Assembly (NCBI RefSeq): GCF_009914755.1
Contig: NC_060930.1
Length of the DNA stretch: 64,000 nt
Strand: one strand, 5' to 3'
Source of the DNA: the human T2T-CHM13v2.0 reference genome, Homo sapiens
A model generated the notes under the pieces. That model was given only the letters and a program-made list of their open reading frames with translations, was not told the DNA's origin and did not search any database. Made by a program: the position numbers and the translations under genes. Positions 1-12,979 of the stretch are shown here, one piece after another (position 1 is the stretch's first letter; each line of letters opens with the position of its first letter).

Positions 1-1100
1 TTCTCTCTGCAAAACATGTTACAATGGCTTTCCTTTCCTTAATTCTAAGATGGCACTGGATTACAAATGCTTTAATATTACTCATTTCTTTTGAAAAGAG
101 TTATATTACTTAAGAGAAAATGTTTACCACATTTTCTTTACCAGAACAAAAAATTTGTTTAAAGCTGAAAAATAAAGAATTTAAAGGAATCTTTAAAATA
201 ACAAAATATAAAGGCTAAATATTTAAAGTTTATATATATATACAATGATAGGACAGCTAGCTGTGAACATCACTTTTTATGTTTTAAAGATGGTTCTTCT
301 TAATTAAACAATAAAAGTTAGCGATATCACTGCTAATTTATTGGACTAAATTATTTCAGAATAAAGGTAAAGACCAACCACCCTAGATTTTTAACTTAAT
401 GGGAGAGTTGGGAGGTGGAGCAAATACAGTATTATAAGAATGCTGGTGATAAGAGTTTGCTTTTTGTATCAAAATGTTGATGAAATGGACAAGATTCTTC
501 ATACATTGAAAAGGTATTGAATGTGTGTAGAAATGAAAACAAAATCTGCTTAAAAAAATTGATTCCGATATGAGGAAATTGGGGCTACAATCAAAGCTTC
601 AAGAAAAGAGAATGCCAAAAAGGACATACAAGCTCCTCTTGACTCAGAGAAGAAAAAGATCAGAAATATGTTTTTCCTTTTATGATAGTGAGCTTCTGAA
701 CAGTGTTTTGCTTGCCAGCAAAATTGAAAGTAAAGGGAAAAAAATATTTCAAAGTGAAAAAAAAAAAGATTCCCACCAATATTATAGAGTAAACTGATCC
801 GAGACAGCAATATATTCTTGAAGAATTCCCCTTGGCTAATACATTTACTATATTTTTCTGCTAAATCCTTTTATCTCTAGTTGTAAAAAATACTTTTGAA
901 GCATTGCTCAGACAATAACATAAGTTGTAAAAACAATTCTCAATGTGAAAAATGATGTTTATAAAATTAAGTTGATATACACAGACTTAAGCTCAATTTT
1001 TAATAAAATTTAATGATTTGTAACACCTTTCATACAAGTACATTTATTCAAAACATGTAAAGATCCAATTTAATGTAGTGGTGGTAAGGCACTGTAAACT
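1..1100 (+). mobile_element. Decayed hAT (Charlie/Buster-type) DNA transposon, transposase C-terminal remnant
   Basis: Broken conceptual translation gives LKRVILLK (~90-115), KLA (~315), EEFPLAN (~820-840), LNPFISS..NTFEALL (~860-910) and LNVKND (~940). The order matches Buster motifs LKRxxELK, WLxKLAY and EEYPxLA..LLPFxSTYLCExxFS..LNVEDD. Many stops and frameshifts. Confidence 0.5.
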
Positions 1101-1640
1101 TCATCATCTACATAAGCAATAGAATTTTCTAACAAAGTGATTTCTGACAGTTTATCTTCTAAAAATCCCAAGTACCACAGTAAAATGTTTTTTGTTTTAG
1201 TATTTATCTATCTCTATATCTATATGTGCCAAATAATACTAATGTTTTACTTGTAGCCGATTTCTATTTTGATTTTTATCATTAAAGTTTGCTATTGGAA
1301 TTTCAGAAGGAAAATTTGAGAACATGAAAGAGCTACAAATGAAGGAATATTGCTGAAAATAACCTGTCATTGCAAGATCTCCCTACACACATTTTTCCCC
1401 TCGTCTCTTTATTTTTCCATTTCACTTGCCCTTGACCACTTCTTTACTATCTATTTTCTCCTAGCCTTTGCCCTAGCTCCAAACTGGGGAAATTAAACAA
1501 ATATTTTCCCCTTAATAGTATGTGTAGAATAAAGCTTTCTGTTCCTTGTTTTTAATTTCACAATTAGGGAACTTTTTGTAGGGTTCTTTTTTATCCTGTT
1601 CTTTAAAAAAAAATAAAATTCTCAATTAAAATATTTTTTA

Positions 1641-1927
<287 letters not shown>

Positions 1928-2059
1928 CTATTATGGTTCTCAAATTGTTTTTCTATGTGGCTGATATCCTTCAAGAAGAAAGATCTTTCTTACTATGTTC
2001 ATGGATATAAGCAAAATTTGACCAACTTCTAATTAAAGTCTCCCAAGAATATGCTATTT

Positions 2060-2470
2060 CATCAACTCAACAAACATTTATTAAGCACATAATATGTATC
2101 AGGGACTGTGTTGGATAAAAGAAAATCATAATATTCTTACAGTAAGCTTACAGTACAAAGAGAATAAAGATGGACAAATCGGAATGGGGTCATGAGGGAA
2201 TGAACATTCTTTCTGGTGTTGTCTGGTAAGGAATCACAAAATGTGTCCACAAAAGCTGAGATTTATAAGCTAAGTAGAAATTTGTCAGGAGTCAGAAGGG
2301 CATTCTGGAGGAAAGCATAAGTGAAATAAAGTAGATAGGATAGAAACTCTAGCATGTGTGTTGAACTACATAGAGTCTGTATTCTCAAAGCTTAAAATGC
2401 AAGACAAGGAATAAAAGGAGAAGCATCTCTGGGAGACAAACCAGTCAGATGGCGAAGGTCCTAGTAAGCT
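2060..2470 (-). mobile_element. L2 LINE 3' fragment
   Basis: CAACAAACATTTATTAAGCAC..ATGTATCAGGGACTGTG resembles the reverse complement of the L2 3' end. Confidence 0.5.
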
Positions 2471-2779
2471 ATTCTATGTTTAGATGTTACCCTCTACAGC
2501 AGTGGCCTCCAAGTGGGTTATTCCAAAAAGAGTTAAGATCATCATTGAGACTTATGAAAGAAAACATTAGAACTTCTGTTTTTCCCAACATCATATTATG
2601 AAAAATTTTAAGCACACAAAATGTTAAAAGAATTGTACAGAGAATTCCCATATACTCACCACCTAAATTGTACAATTAACACTTTAATATATTTGCTTTA
2701 TCAAACATCTGTTCATAGCTGTATCCATACACCAATCCATTTTTTACTGTTTTTTGTATATTTCTGTTTATATTTGTTA

Positions 2780-4130
2780 TTCTTGAAGATATTTTTTATG
2801 GATATAGAATTCCTGTTTGACAGTCTATTTTTACTTTCAGCAATTTAAAGTCATCACTCCACTGTCTTCTGGCCTCCATTCTTTCTGATAAGAAAAGTCA
2901 GCATTCTTCTAGGTGTAATGTGTCATTCTTCTCTGTCCACTTTCAGGATATTCTATCCATCTTTGCTTCCCAGCAGTTTGACTGTGATGCATCTATTTGC
3001 AGTTTTCTTTGTATTTATCCTCCCTGGGATTCACTGAGATGCTTGAATTCATGAACTCATGTCTTTCAACAAATTTGAGAAATTTTTAGCCATTAGGTCT
3101 TAAAAATTTTGGGGTGGGCCCCAATATCTTTATCTTTTCCCCCAGGATGCCATTTACAAATACTTACATATTTTACAAATAAATTACAAATATATAACCT
3201 ACAAATATACCTTTTGATTTTTCCCACAGGTCACTAAAGCTCTATTCATTTCTTCAATCTTTTTTCTCTGACCTTCAGGTTAGATAATTTTATTTATTGA
3301 TTTCCAAGGTCATTAACCCTTTTTTCATTTCCAATCTGCTACTAAATTCATTCAGTAAACTTTTTATTTTAGATAACTGTATTTCTCTATTCTAGAATTT
3401 GCTTTTTTTAGTTTCCATCTCTGTGAGATTTGTTATTATAAGCCTTTCCATCCTTAAGTATAGTTATAATAGGTACATTAAATTTCATCTCAGAATCAGT
3501 CTCCATTGATTGCCTTTTCTCTTTATTATGGTATTATTTTTTCTATTTCTTTGGATTTGTATTATACCTAGGAATTTTGTCTGGTACCATGGACACTATA
3601 AATGATACATGGTAGAGAATGTAGATTCTGTTATGTTCCTCACAGGAATATTAATTTTTGTTTCAGCAGGCATTTAACTTGGCTGAATTCAAACTCAAAC
3701 TTTGAAACAGTGCTTTTAGCCTTAGCTGGGCTGCTTGGAGTCTGCCCTGCACACGAAAGGTGTTTTCTAGAGATTTTGGAAATGTATACTTTTGTTCTCC
3801 TTTCTAGCATTCCCCCACTTTCCAGCTACTGCAATTACCTTAAACTCTGGTTCCTCGCAAACAGTAAGACTGTGCATTTCTGTCCATATTTTAACAGCCT
3901 ATGTGTTAGTAATCTGGGGCTCACCCTCAGGCTAGAAACTCTAAAAAATGAAGCTCACCCAGTACCATTTCTTTTCTTCAAATCTAACCCCTCTTTCAGT
4001 ATTTTTCTGCTTTTGTTTACTCTACATAGCCTTTAGATAGCTGCTTTACATTTTGCCCAAAATGTGTAGATATTATTTGCAGGATAGGTGATCCGATAGA
4101 CCTACTTGGCCATTAGTGGAAGTGGAACCA
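2780..4130 (-). mobile_element. Ancient L1 (L1ME/L1M-type) 5' region and ORF1 remnant
   Basis: Typical antisense L1M ORF1 text (CACTGTCTTCTGGCCTCCATT, TTCAACAAATTTGAGAAATTTTTAGCCATT), ending at ..GCCATTAGTGGAAGTGGAACC. Confidence 0.65.
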
Positions 4131-4327
4131 GAACTCATATTTTTAGTTGTCACTTATCATTTTAGCTAACATAAAAAGCAATTGATATTTACTAATATTT
4201 AAGGATTAACACACCGTCATTTGGATCATATAAAAGGAAGTTATCATTATTATATGTTATATGAAATATTCTATAGGAAAAGTTGGAGAACTGGTAGAGG
4301 TTACAGACATGGAATTGTTGAAGACAG

Positions 4328-4711
4328 TGATAGAGTTTGGATTTGTGTCCCTGCACAAATCTCATGTTGAATTGCAATCCCCAATGTTGGAGGAGGGGCC
4401 TTCTGGGAGGTGATTGGATCATGGAGGCAGATTTCTCCCTTGCTGTTCTTGTGATAGCGAGTGAGTTCTCACGAGATCTGGTTGTTTAGAAGTGTGTAGC
4501 ACCTCCCCCTTTGCTCTCTTCCTGCTGCTCCACCCATGTAGGACATGCCTGCTTCCCCTTCGCCTTCCACCATGATTGTAAGTTTTCTGAGGCCTTCTTA
4601 GCCATGCTTCCTGTAGAGCCTGTGGAACCGTGAGCCAATTAAACCTCTTCTTTTTATAAATTACCCAATCTCAGGTAGTTCTTTATAGCAGTGTGAGAAC
4701 GGACTAATACA
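4328..4711 (+). mobile_element. THE1-type (THE1D-like) MaLR solo LTR
   Basis: TG..CA termini (TGATAGAGTTTGG..GGACTAATACA), GTTCTCACGAGATCTG motif, ATTAAA polyA signal, 5-bp TSD GACAG at 4323-4327 and 4712-4716. Confidence 0.9.
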
Positions 4712-5134
4712 GACAGAATTCTCACTCATTTGTTAACTTTCGGTATATTAGCACATATTGCAGGTCATGTGTTTCTTCCCATGTATATTTGTGTGTTTAG
4801 AGATTATATTTCTAGTCTTAGAAACCAATCTAATCTTTATAAAATGTATCTGTGGCTCTAAAAATATTCTTGAAAGTGCCAACTATAGATTGGACATACT
4901 AATAAACAAGAAAAATCAAACAATAAGAATATAGCAAACTGATACTCTAACTTATGATGAGCTCTTTAGCCACACCATAAAGTAGAAAAAGAATAGTCTA
5001 GTCATACATGATGAAAACTTAGAACCTCCAAAATTTAAATTGCCAAGTGGAATATTAGAAAAAAAGAATATATATCCCCTCATTAACAACAATCCTCATT
5101 CTAAGTGAATTTTGTGTATTAACATATTAGCTCT

Positions 5135-5290
5135 TCAATCATTCGACAAATATTTATGAAGCACCTATTATTCATCTGGAACTCCTCTAGATGCCAGGGA
5201 AAGAGCTATGGACAAAACAGTGAAATGCTGGCTTCATGGAGTTTTGATTCTACTGGAGGGAGATGGACAACATATAAAATAAAAGATAAG
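5135..5290 (-). mobile_element. L2 3' fragment
   Basis: TTCAATCATTCGACAAATATTTATGAAGCACCTA is an antisense L2 terminus. Confidence 0.6.
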
Positions 5291-5458
5291 TAAAATACAT
5301 ACAATGCTGGTAAATTATAGTAACATTATAATATGATAACATCATTAAGAGTATGACAATTAACAACTAAGTATCCTGAACATAAATGCAACCTACCAAA
5401 ATTTGAGAGCAGAAAATTTCTTGTACCATTTCTAAATGAAAAGTTTCTTAATTATTCT

Positions 5459-6305
5459 TTTTTACGTTTTTCATTGTTGTGGGTACATAGTAGGTATATA
5501 TATATATATTTATGAAATAAATAAGATGTTCTGATATAGGCATGCAATGCATAATAATCACATCATGGAAAATGGGGTATCCATCCCCTCAAGCATTTAT
5601 CCTTTATGTTACAAACAATCCAATTATACTCCTTTAGTTATTTTTAAATGTACAATTAAATTATTATTGACTATAGTCATGCTGTTGTGCTATCAAATAC
5701 TAGATTGTCTTCATTCTAACTTTTGTACCCATTAACCATCCCTACCTCTCTCTCACTCCCTCACTACCCTTCTCAGTGTCTGTTAACTACCCTTCTACTC
5801 TATCTCCATGGGTACAATTGTTTCAAATTTTAGATCCCACAAATAAGTGAAAACATGCAACGTTTGTCTTTCTGTGCCTGGCTTATTTCAGTTAACATAA
5901 TGATCTACACAGTTCCATTCAAGTTGTTGCAAATGACAAATCTCATTCTTTTCTATGGCTGAATAGTACTTCATTGTGTACCATATTTTCCCTATCCACT
6001 TATCTGTTGATGGACACTTAGGTTGCTCCTAAATCTTAGCTATTGTGAACAGTGCTGCAACAAACATGGGAGTGCACATATTTCTTCAATATACTGATTT
6101 CCTTTCTTTTGGGTATTTACCCAGCAGTGGGATTGCTGGGTCCTATGGTAGCTCTACTTGTAGTTTTTTGAGGAACCTCCAAACTGTTCTCCATAGTGAT
6201 TGTACTAATTTACACTCCCACCAACAGTATACAAGGGTTCCTTTTTCTCCACATCCTCGCCAGCATTTGTTATTGCCTGTCTTTTGAATATAAGCCATTT
6301 TAATA
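5459..6305 (-). mobile_element. L1MA (L1MA1-3-like) 3' end, 5'-truncated
   Basis: GGGGTATCCATCCCCTCAAGCATTTATCC 3'UTR signature and antisense ORF2 C-terminus; candidate TSD AATTATTCT at 5450-5458 and 6306-6314. Confidence 0.9.
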
Positions 6306-9300
6306 AATTATTCTAAAATATTGTTTGCTTCACTATCCTCCTATTCCTTTTCATTTCTATTATATTGATGTGTGCCATGATGATTAAACAAGTGAATAGC
6401 TTTCAGTAAATAAAGAAATAATGTATTTGGCTAAATGCACTTATAGACCTTGAGATTTTAAAAAAAGAGCTCCATAGATGTTTGTTATTATTACCATTAT
6501 TAACATCATAATAATTTTACGTATATAGATATATATATATATCACCTATAAATAAATAAATAGGCATACCTACATTGGGCCAAAGTTCAAAATATTTTGC
6601 TGCCAAGTCAAAAATAGTGTGAAAACCTCTTCCCTAAGCCATAACGATCCATTGGAAAGCTTTGAATAGGGTAGTTTGTATAGTTGATTTTTTTTGTTGT
6701 TAATAATTCATTCCCCGGTAAGAACGTAGGAGTGGAATAGACAGTGTCAAAACCAAGAGTCAAGGACACCACAATGGCTCAGTCATGAGATCACAGTATC
6801 TGATGGATACTGTGAACACAGAAGGATAAGAAAAGATTTTTAAATTCAGAACAATAATAATAATAATAGTAAATTTAGGCAGTTAGGGATTGCCAGAATA
6901 GAGGAGTCAGGCTAGGAAAGAACATAGAACAGCTACCATGATTCTGAGAAATTGATTCTAGCCATTGAATTAGGGTAAAAAGGTTTTTGGCGGGAAGCCA
7001 AAGCTGCAAAGTTTGGTTTTGGATTTTCCAAATTTAATTCGCCTGTTGTACATCTGACAAGCAACCTGAAACACAAGTCTGAAGTTTGACAGAGAACTAG
7101 GAATTGGACATGAATCAGAGAAACCTTCACCAAAGAGAGAAAGATTTTTTAAATTGTGGGTACAGTACAGATTACCCGGAAAAAGTGTGGGGAAGAGTAT
7201 CAAGAACACATTCCTTGAAGGCCGCATGCAAAGGGTAGATAGAGGAGGGAACCATAAAAATGTATTATGAGACATCAAAGAAGTACAGGCCCAAAGAAAG
7301 TTGTGATCTGAAACCCTGGAACCCAAAGAAGGAATGATTTCAACCTAGAGGGGAAGGAGGGCCTTCAGAGAGGGGCAAGATGAGAGCTCCCTGGAGTAGT
7401 TTATGAATCTCTCCAAATCATCTCGTGCAAAGACTAACATAAACAGAGGGAGAGGGAAGGAGAGGGGTCAGGGGAGAGGGAGAGCATCTATCAGCAGGAA
7501 AACCTGGCAGTCTGATCCCGCAGTCCAGGTTAGTCCAGGGTTAGGAAAGCCACAGAAGAGCCCTGAGGGTAGTGAACTGGGAGACCCTGAGCAGCCCCAT
7601 GGGGCTCACTCTCAGGAGGGTGAATCCCACTTCCAGTGGATCCCGGCTCACTGCACTCACTGCCAGGGCTCCCCAGCCTCTCATTAGGGCATATGTGGAA
7701 ACAGCCCCATGAGGGGCTGCGGGAAGAGGCAAAGTGGGGCAGAGAAGGGGGTGACCTGAGGAAGTGAAGCCCTCAGAATCCTCAGCTAAACTCTCCATAA
7801 GAACAAAGCCACATCTGGAGGCAGACCCCTGGGAAAATAATCCAAGGGGCACACTACAGGGATGAAGCAGGGAATTGGAGGTGGCTCCCGAGAAAGGCCA
7901 TGTGTTTTAATGCTTGGCAACAGCCATGAGGTTGAAAAAACTTTCCTGGCCCACTCCCATCCCCTACAAAGGAACTCCTAAACGTACAGGAAAGCCCATC
8001 ATATTTTGCCATGAGTAACAGAAAAGGATCAAAATGGAGCCCCAAGCAAATACAAGCAAAAAGGGGAAATTGTCCAAATCATATACTGAGACAATTGTCA
8101 CATACTAGAAATATAAATACACACACATATATGGAGAGAGAGTGAGAGAGAAAAATCACAAAGTAACTGACTGCTGTAATCTAATATTTCAAAATGAAAT
8201 AAATTAAAATGAGAGAAGCTAGGAAGGAACAACATAACTTAAATATAGAACACTCACAAATGGTACAACCAGAACTCAGAAAGATATGAAAACAGAGCTG
8301 ACAAAGTTCATAGACTCAAACAGACGAGAAAGCACATAGAAATTGCACGTAGAGACACTAAGGAAAAATGCCACAGACATCCCCATTCTGTTTACAACCT
8401 GGTTCTCACATAGAGAGCAAATAAGGACAAAATTCTCTAGTTTATTAAACCTCTATGGCTCTACGTTGGGTTTGGCCCATTACCTTTTGCTCATCTCCAC
8501 CTCTAGCATTTTGTATCCTCCTGTACATCATCCCCTAGGTTCTCCTTCTAAATCTCATACATCTGCCCCGACACCCTTGGAGCCCTTCTCTACGCATATG
8601 TCTAGTAGTATTACTTATACTTACAGGGCCCGTGGTGTTGAGAAGTCTTAACCTTGGCATCCTTGTTGTTTGAAACCCCCCACCCCACATCAAGCCATAA
8701 GCAATTCAGACTCTGACTACAGAAGTAACACATGGCAACTAGTGGCAGTTTCTCTTATCAATCACAGTATAAATGGAGTAAATGAGAGCCTGATGGTGTC
8801 AGCCTCCTAGAAGATGATGTGGATTTTTAAAATAGGGGTCAGGAAAACTATTTTTCAGGGATACTGAATTGTCTATAAATAAATAATAATTGGAATAACA
8901 GAAGTCCAAATACAGTGTTTAACATATCTAGCTATTTGTACTGTTATATTAATGACAATCAGAGAGTGGTGGTGCTATGAAGTTCCAAGCACTCCAGTAA
9001 TTCCAGAGGAAAGGAGTCTCTCCCTGAAATCCGCAAAATCTATTACCAAAAATGTGGTACCAAACTAAAAAAGACTAAGAGAAGTCACTGGGGAAAAAAT
9101 ATTAAAGCAAACAAGGAATAATGCCATCGTGCCATTTTTAAGTAAGATACATTTTTCATTTTGTAAATCAGATTGTAGAAATCTTAATTTTCCTTTCTGT
9201 TCTTTTACTTTTAAAGTTTTATTCTGAGTTTTCCCCTTAGTTAGAGTTATTAAAACCACCTTGACACTTGCAAAGCTAGGGTTATTTAGCAAGCATATAA

Positions 9301-10857
9301 ATCTGAGCTTAATATCTATACCAAGAGTTTCTAAAGCCTTAGGGATTTTACTCTAAAGATGTCCTCCCAAAAGCCCCCCCTGCCACCATGTGGCAGCAAG
9401 CCTGACCTCTTAGGATTAAAGTTGATGATGATGAGCTTCCAACTTTGCTCACAAAAATCTAAGTAAAGTTCAGGTAACATGATCCAATACCGATAAAAGA
9501 AGACGGCATCTCTGATTACATTGCAGAAACTAAGTAGGATGCATGCAGGTTGCAACTATATATACTGCAGATGGCAGATGTTAAAAAAAGAGAAAAAAAC
9601 AACAGAAAACCTACCAAATTTTATTTAGTGGAATAAATAGTTATGAGAATGGCATCAAAATGTAAACCAGACAATGGCTCGGTCAGTTGGAGGAGGGGAA
9701 ATACTGCAATCAGGATGGCTTTATACAGTTCATTTTCTACATGAACAAATTTTGATATGTAAGAATGTCAGTGCTGACATTCTATAGTAATATCCTAATA
9801 GCTTGGAGACCTCCTGGGGATATTATTTCTCTCTCTGCCTATCTGGTGGTATGTGAAACCAATCAGGCCCAAAATAAAACACTGAGAACAGCACAAAATG
9901 TAAGAGCAGAGAGAAAAGATGTGTTATCTGGCTGCCCCTGATCCTAAGAAAGAACTAGAAAATTCAGTCTGTATTTGATTTAAGCCAAAGATAGAGGAAA
10001 AAAAGAAAAAGAAAACCAATAACAACAACAACAACAACAACAACAAAACCTCCTTTCTTCCTATTTCTGTTATTAGTGAATTTGGGAAAAGGACAAATAC
10101 TCCCAACTAGAGTTGAGGACTGAGAGCTGTAATATGAGAATAATTACAAAAGGATCTCCTTCCCCCTATACCCTCCCCTTCTAGGTTAGAGTCTGAGGTG
10201 TTTTTGTTTGTTCAGAAGCTCTTTTTTATAAAATTCAATAATTATTTTAAGGAAAAAACTTCTAAATCTAACATGAATTAATATAAACATTATTAATTAT
10301 ACATACATAATAGCTCAAATTGTAGCTCAAATTAACTCCTTCAGTTTAATTAAGTCAGAACTGCTGGTAGTGAGAAAGTTTTTCCTGAAATAAGCATGGT
10401 GAAGGCAATTACTCTGCTCTGCTGAGATTGTTGCAGGTGAAAAGCAAGAGGAATGCCCCTCCACCAAAGGACTGTTTATTTTGTGTTTAAATGTAATTAA
10501 AGCCAATTCCCATTTCCAATTGCCCTGAGACAAGCAGAATTTCCAGAATAATCTTACTGCTTTGAATTCGACTCAAGAGGGAGCCTAGAGATAGTGCAGA
10601 GCTGGGGATAAAGATGGGACATTGTTTCCTTCAGATCAGTATTAGGAAGTGCTTCTGCTTTTCTAGTAACCTGGTAAATGAGAAGATGTCTACTACAGAT
10701 CATCCAGTGGTAAAGTTATAGTGGAGACATCCACTATAACTTTGATAGAAATCTATCTTTGATAGAAATGATTTAGTAAATACTGGGTATAAATCCTAGC
10801 TATGCACCTGATGGTATAACTATAAGCAGCAAGCAGTATAGAAAAAAACGCAAAAGA

Positions 10858-10970
10858 GATTTTCCACTTGAAGATCCCTCTCTCTATGGAGAGAGCTGTT
10901 TCTTATTCTCTTCTCTCCTTCCTATTAAACCTCCACTCCTAAAAAAAGAAAAAGAAAGAAAGAAAGAAAA
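10858..10970 (+). mobile_element. Retroposed ERV1-class LTR (MER4/LTR8/MER50-like) fragment with poly(A) tail and TSD
   Basis: CTATTAAACCTCCACTCCT LTR-like motif, A-rich tail from 10941, flanking repeats AGAAAAAAACGCAAAAGA (10840-10857) and AGAAAAAATGCAAAAGA (10971-10987). Confidence 0.7.
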
Positions 10971-11654
10971 AGAAAAAATGCAAAAGAATCTACTGCTAAT
11001 TACTTTGAAAATGCAAACATGGTCTTGATCAACAACAGGAAAGACTTTGTTCTGTCTAGGAGAGACAGAGAAGGAGGAAATGAAGGGAAACCTTCAGCCA
11101 ACAACACACCGTGTACTTTTTTTGTCCTAAGAATACACATGAATACATTAACAGCATGGGAGCAAGCTAGCAATGTCATTATCCACAGGAGTGTAGAAAG
11201 AATGTGAAAACTGTTCAAGTTACTCAAGAAATTCAGGTTAGTACAAGATTACAAACAGCTCTTCCCTCTCCAAACATGCAGAGCAAAAACATCTTTGCAC
11301 CAATTTTCAAGACATAGAAATACAGCCCTGGTAGCAAGTACAGCCTATAAATATGGACCCAAAAACAAGATTCACAGGAAGCAATTTGTGCAAACACAGT
11401 TTAGCCTGTCACTAAGTAGAAAACCCAGCTAGTACCTTCTTGCACTTAAGCCATGAGACAAGAAAATCAAACTAAATGGATTTTCTAAAATCCCTAAATG
11501 AAAGCTTATATCCCTTTCTTTGGGAAAGGCAACGAAATAAGCCATTGACATTTTTTCATCCCTAACTCAGTCAGCATTCAAAATGCAGTACAAAACAGAA
11601 TATTTATCCTACCACCCTTTGCCCAAATACAGATTTCCATAAAATCAATTAATC

Positions 11655-11990
11655 TTTAGGGTGAAAGGGGACTTGGAGGTCATGACACCCAGTCTCCCAC
11701 CCAATACTCCTATAGCCAGGAGATTACCCAGCCCGTATTTGAAACACTCCACTTGGGGAGCTTACGACTGCTTCAGGCAGCTTCTTTTACTGACAAACAG
11801 TGGCAGTTATTAGAATGTTCTAATATTGGCCTGAAATCCACCTCCTGGTAATTTCCACCCACTGGTCCTAGTTTTGTTCTCTGAAGCATTTCAGAGTCTA
11901 ACCCTCATCATCACCATGACAACTCTTCAAATATTCGAAGGCAGCAAGAGCTTTCTTCACTCAGGCTGCACATTCCCAGTTTCCACACCT
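11655..11990 (-). mobile_element. CR1/L3 LINE 3' fragment
   Basis: GGGACTTGGAGGTCAT..TTGAAACACTCCA..GGGGAGCTTAC..TTCCACCCACTGGTCCTAGTT resembles antisense L3. Confidence 0.55.
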
Positions 11991-12118
11991 CTTCATTTAG
12001 AGCAGAACTCGTATTCCCCAGGACACTATCCCATGACTATGTCCTATTTGGTCAATGTCAATGTGAAAATATACTTACTGGAAGATTCATATAGTATTTA
12101 GTATTGCATTTAGTAGTA

Positions 12119-12163
12119 TTAAAAGTAATGGCAAAAACTGCAATTACTTTTGCACCAACCTAA
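12119..12163. mobile_element. MADE1 (Hsmar1 mariner MITE), half element
   Basis: AAAAGTAATGGCAAAAACTGCAATTACTTTTGCACCAACCTAA is one MADE1 terminal inverted repeat (TIR) plus spacer. Confidence 0.85.
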
Positions 12164-12979
12164 TGGATTTAGAGCCCAGTGCAAAGGCTTTTGTTCTTTC
12201 TGGAGGAACACATTTTCCTATCTAAGAATATAAACTTTTTTCAATTTCCCTAGTAATACCTGCTACCAGAACCATGAGTGATTGTACTTAACCCTGACAC
12301 CCCAAGAATAGAAGTGTTTCATAGCAAACATTAGAGTATAAGATTGACTTCAGTCTCAATAAATGGTTTCAAGGACTTATGATATAGAAGGTTTTATGCT
12401 AGGGGTTATGGACGATATAAGATGTTCACATCTAGCAGGAAAAAACAGACAAATGCAAAAATAAACTACACAACAATGTAGAAAGAGATAAATCCCCTAA
12501 AAGACTTGTAAAAGATTCTTAGATAGGGAAGAAGAAGACACTGCTTCCCCAGAAAGGTCTGGGAAGACTGCCTGGAGGACATGGGAAGAGGTAGGGCTTG
12601 AGGGGCTCTGGAAGGATGAGTGAGATTTTAACATGCAGAGAAGCACAGAGAAGAATGAGGGATTCCAAGACAGCAGACAACTGAAGAAAAGGACTAAAGG
12701 GGAAATAATACAGTAGCTCCAGTCAGACTGAAGTGCATAAGGCAAGAAGGGAAGGAACGGGGTACAAAGATCCAAAATCCTTTTGAAGGAGTTGGATATT
12801 TTTTAATACAATACTTACCAATTATGCTAAATACATAAATTTGACAAATCACCTACTCATGGCTAATGACTTTTCTACTCAGTGTGAGGATCTCTAAGAT
12901 ATTTATTTCTATACTCTTAATATGTTCAAATAGATAAACCAGAGGCATAAGATATATGAATATTTTGTCAATTGTAATA

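Noticed and set aside
570-797. 75-aa lysine-rich ORF
   Set aside because: No recognisable protein or splice context; it lies in the decayed hAT remnant.
7403-8045. Overlapping ORFs in a GC-richer stretch
   Set aside because: No homology recognised; probably an old LINE 5' region that I could not classify.
8733-8750. CTCF-like motif (weaker ones at ~55985-56000 and ~58955-58970)
   Set aside because: Mismatches at core positions; expected by chance.
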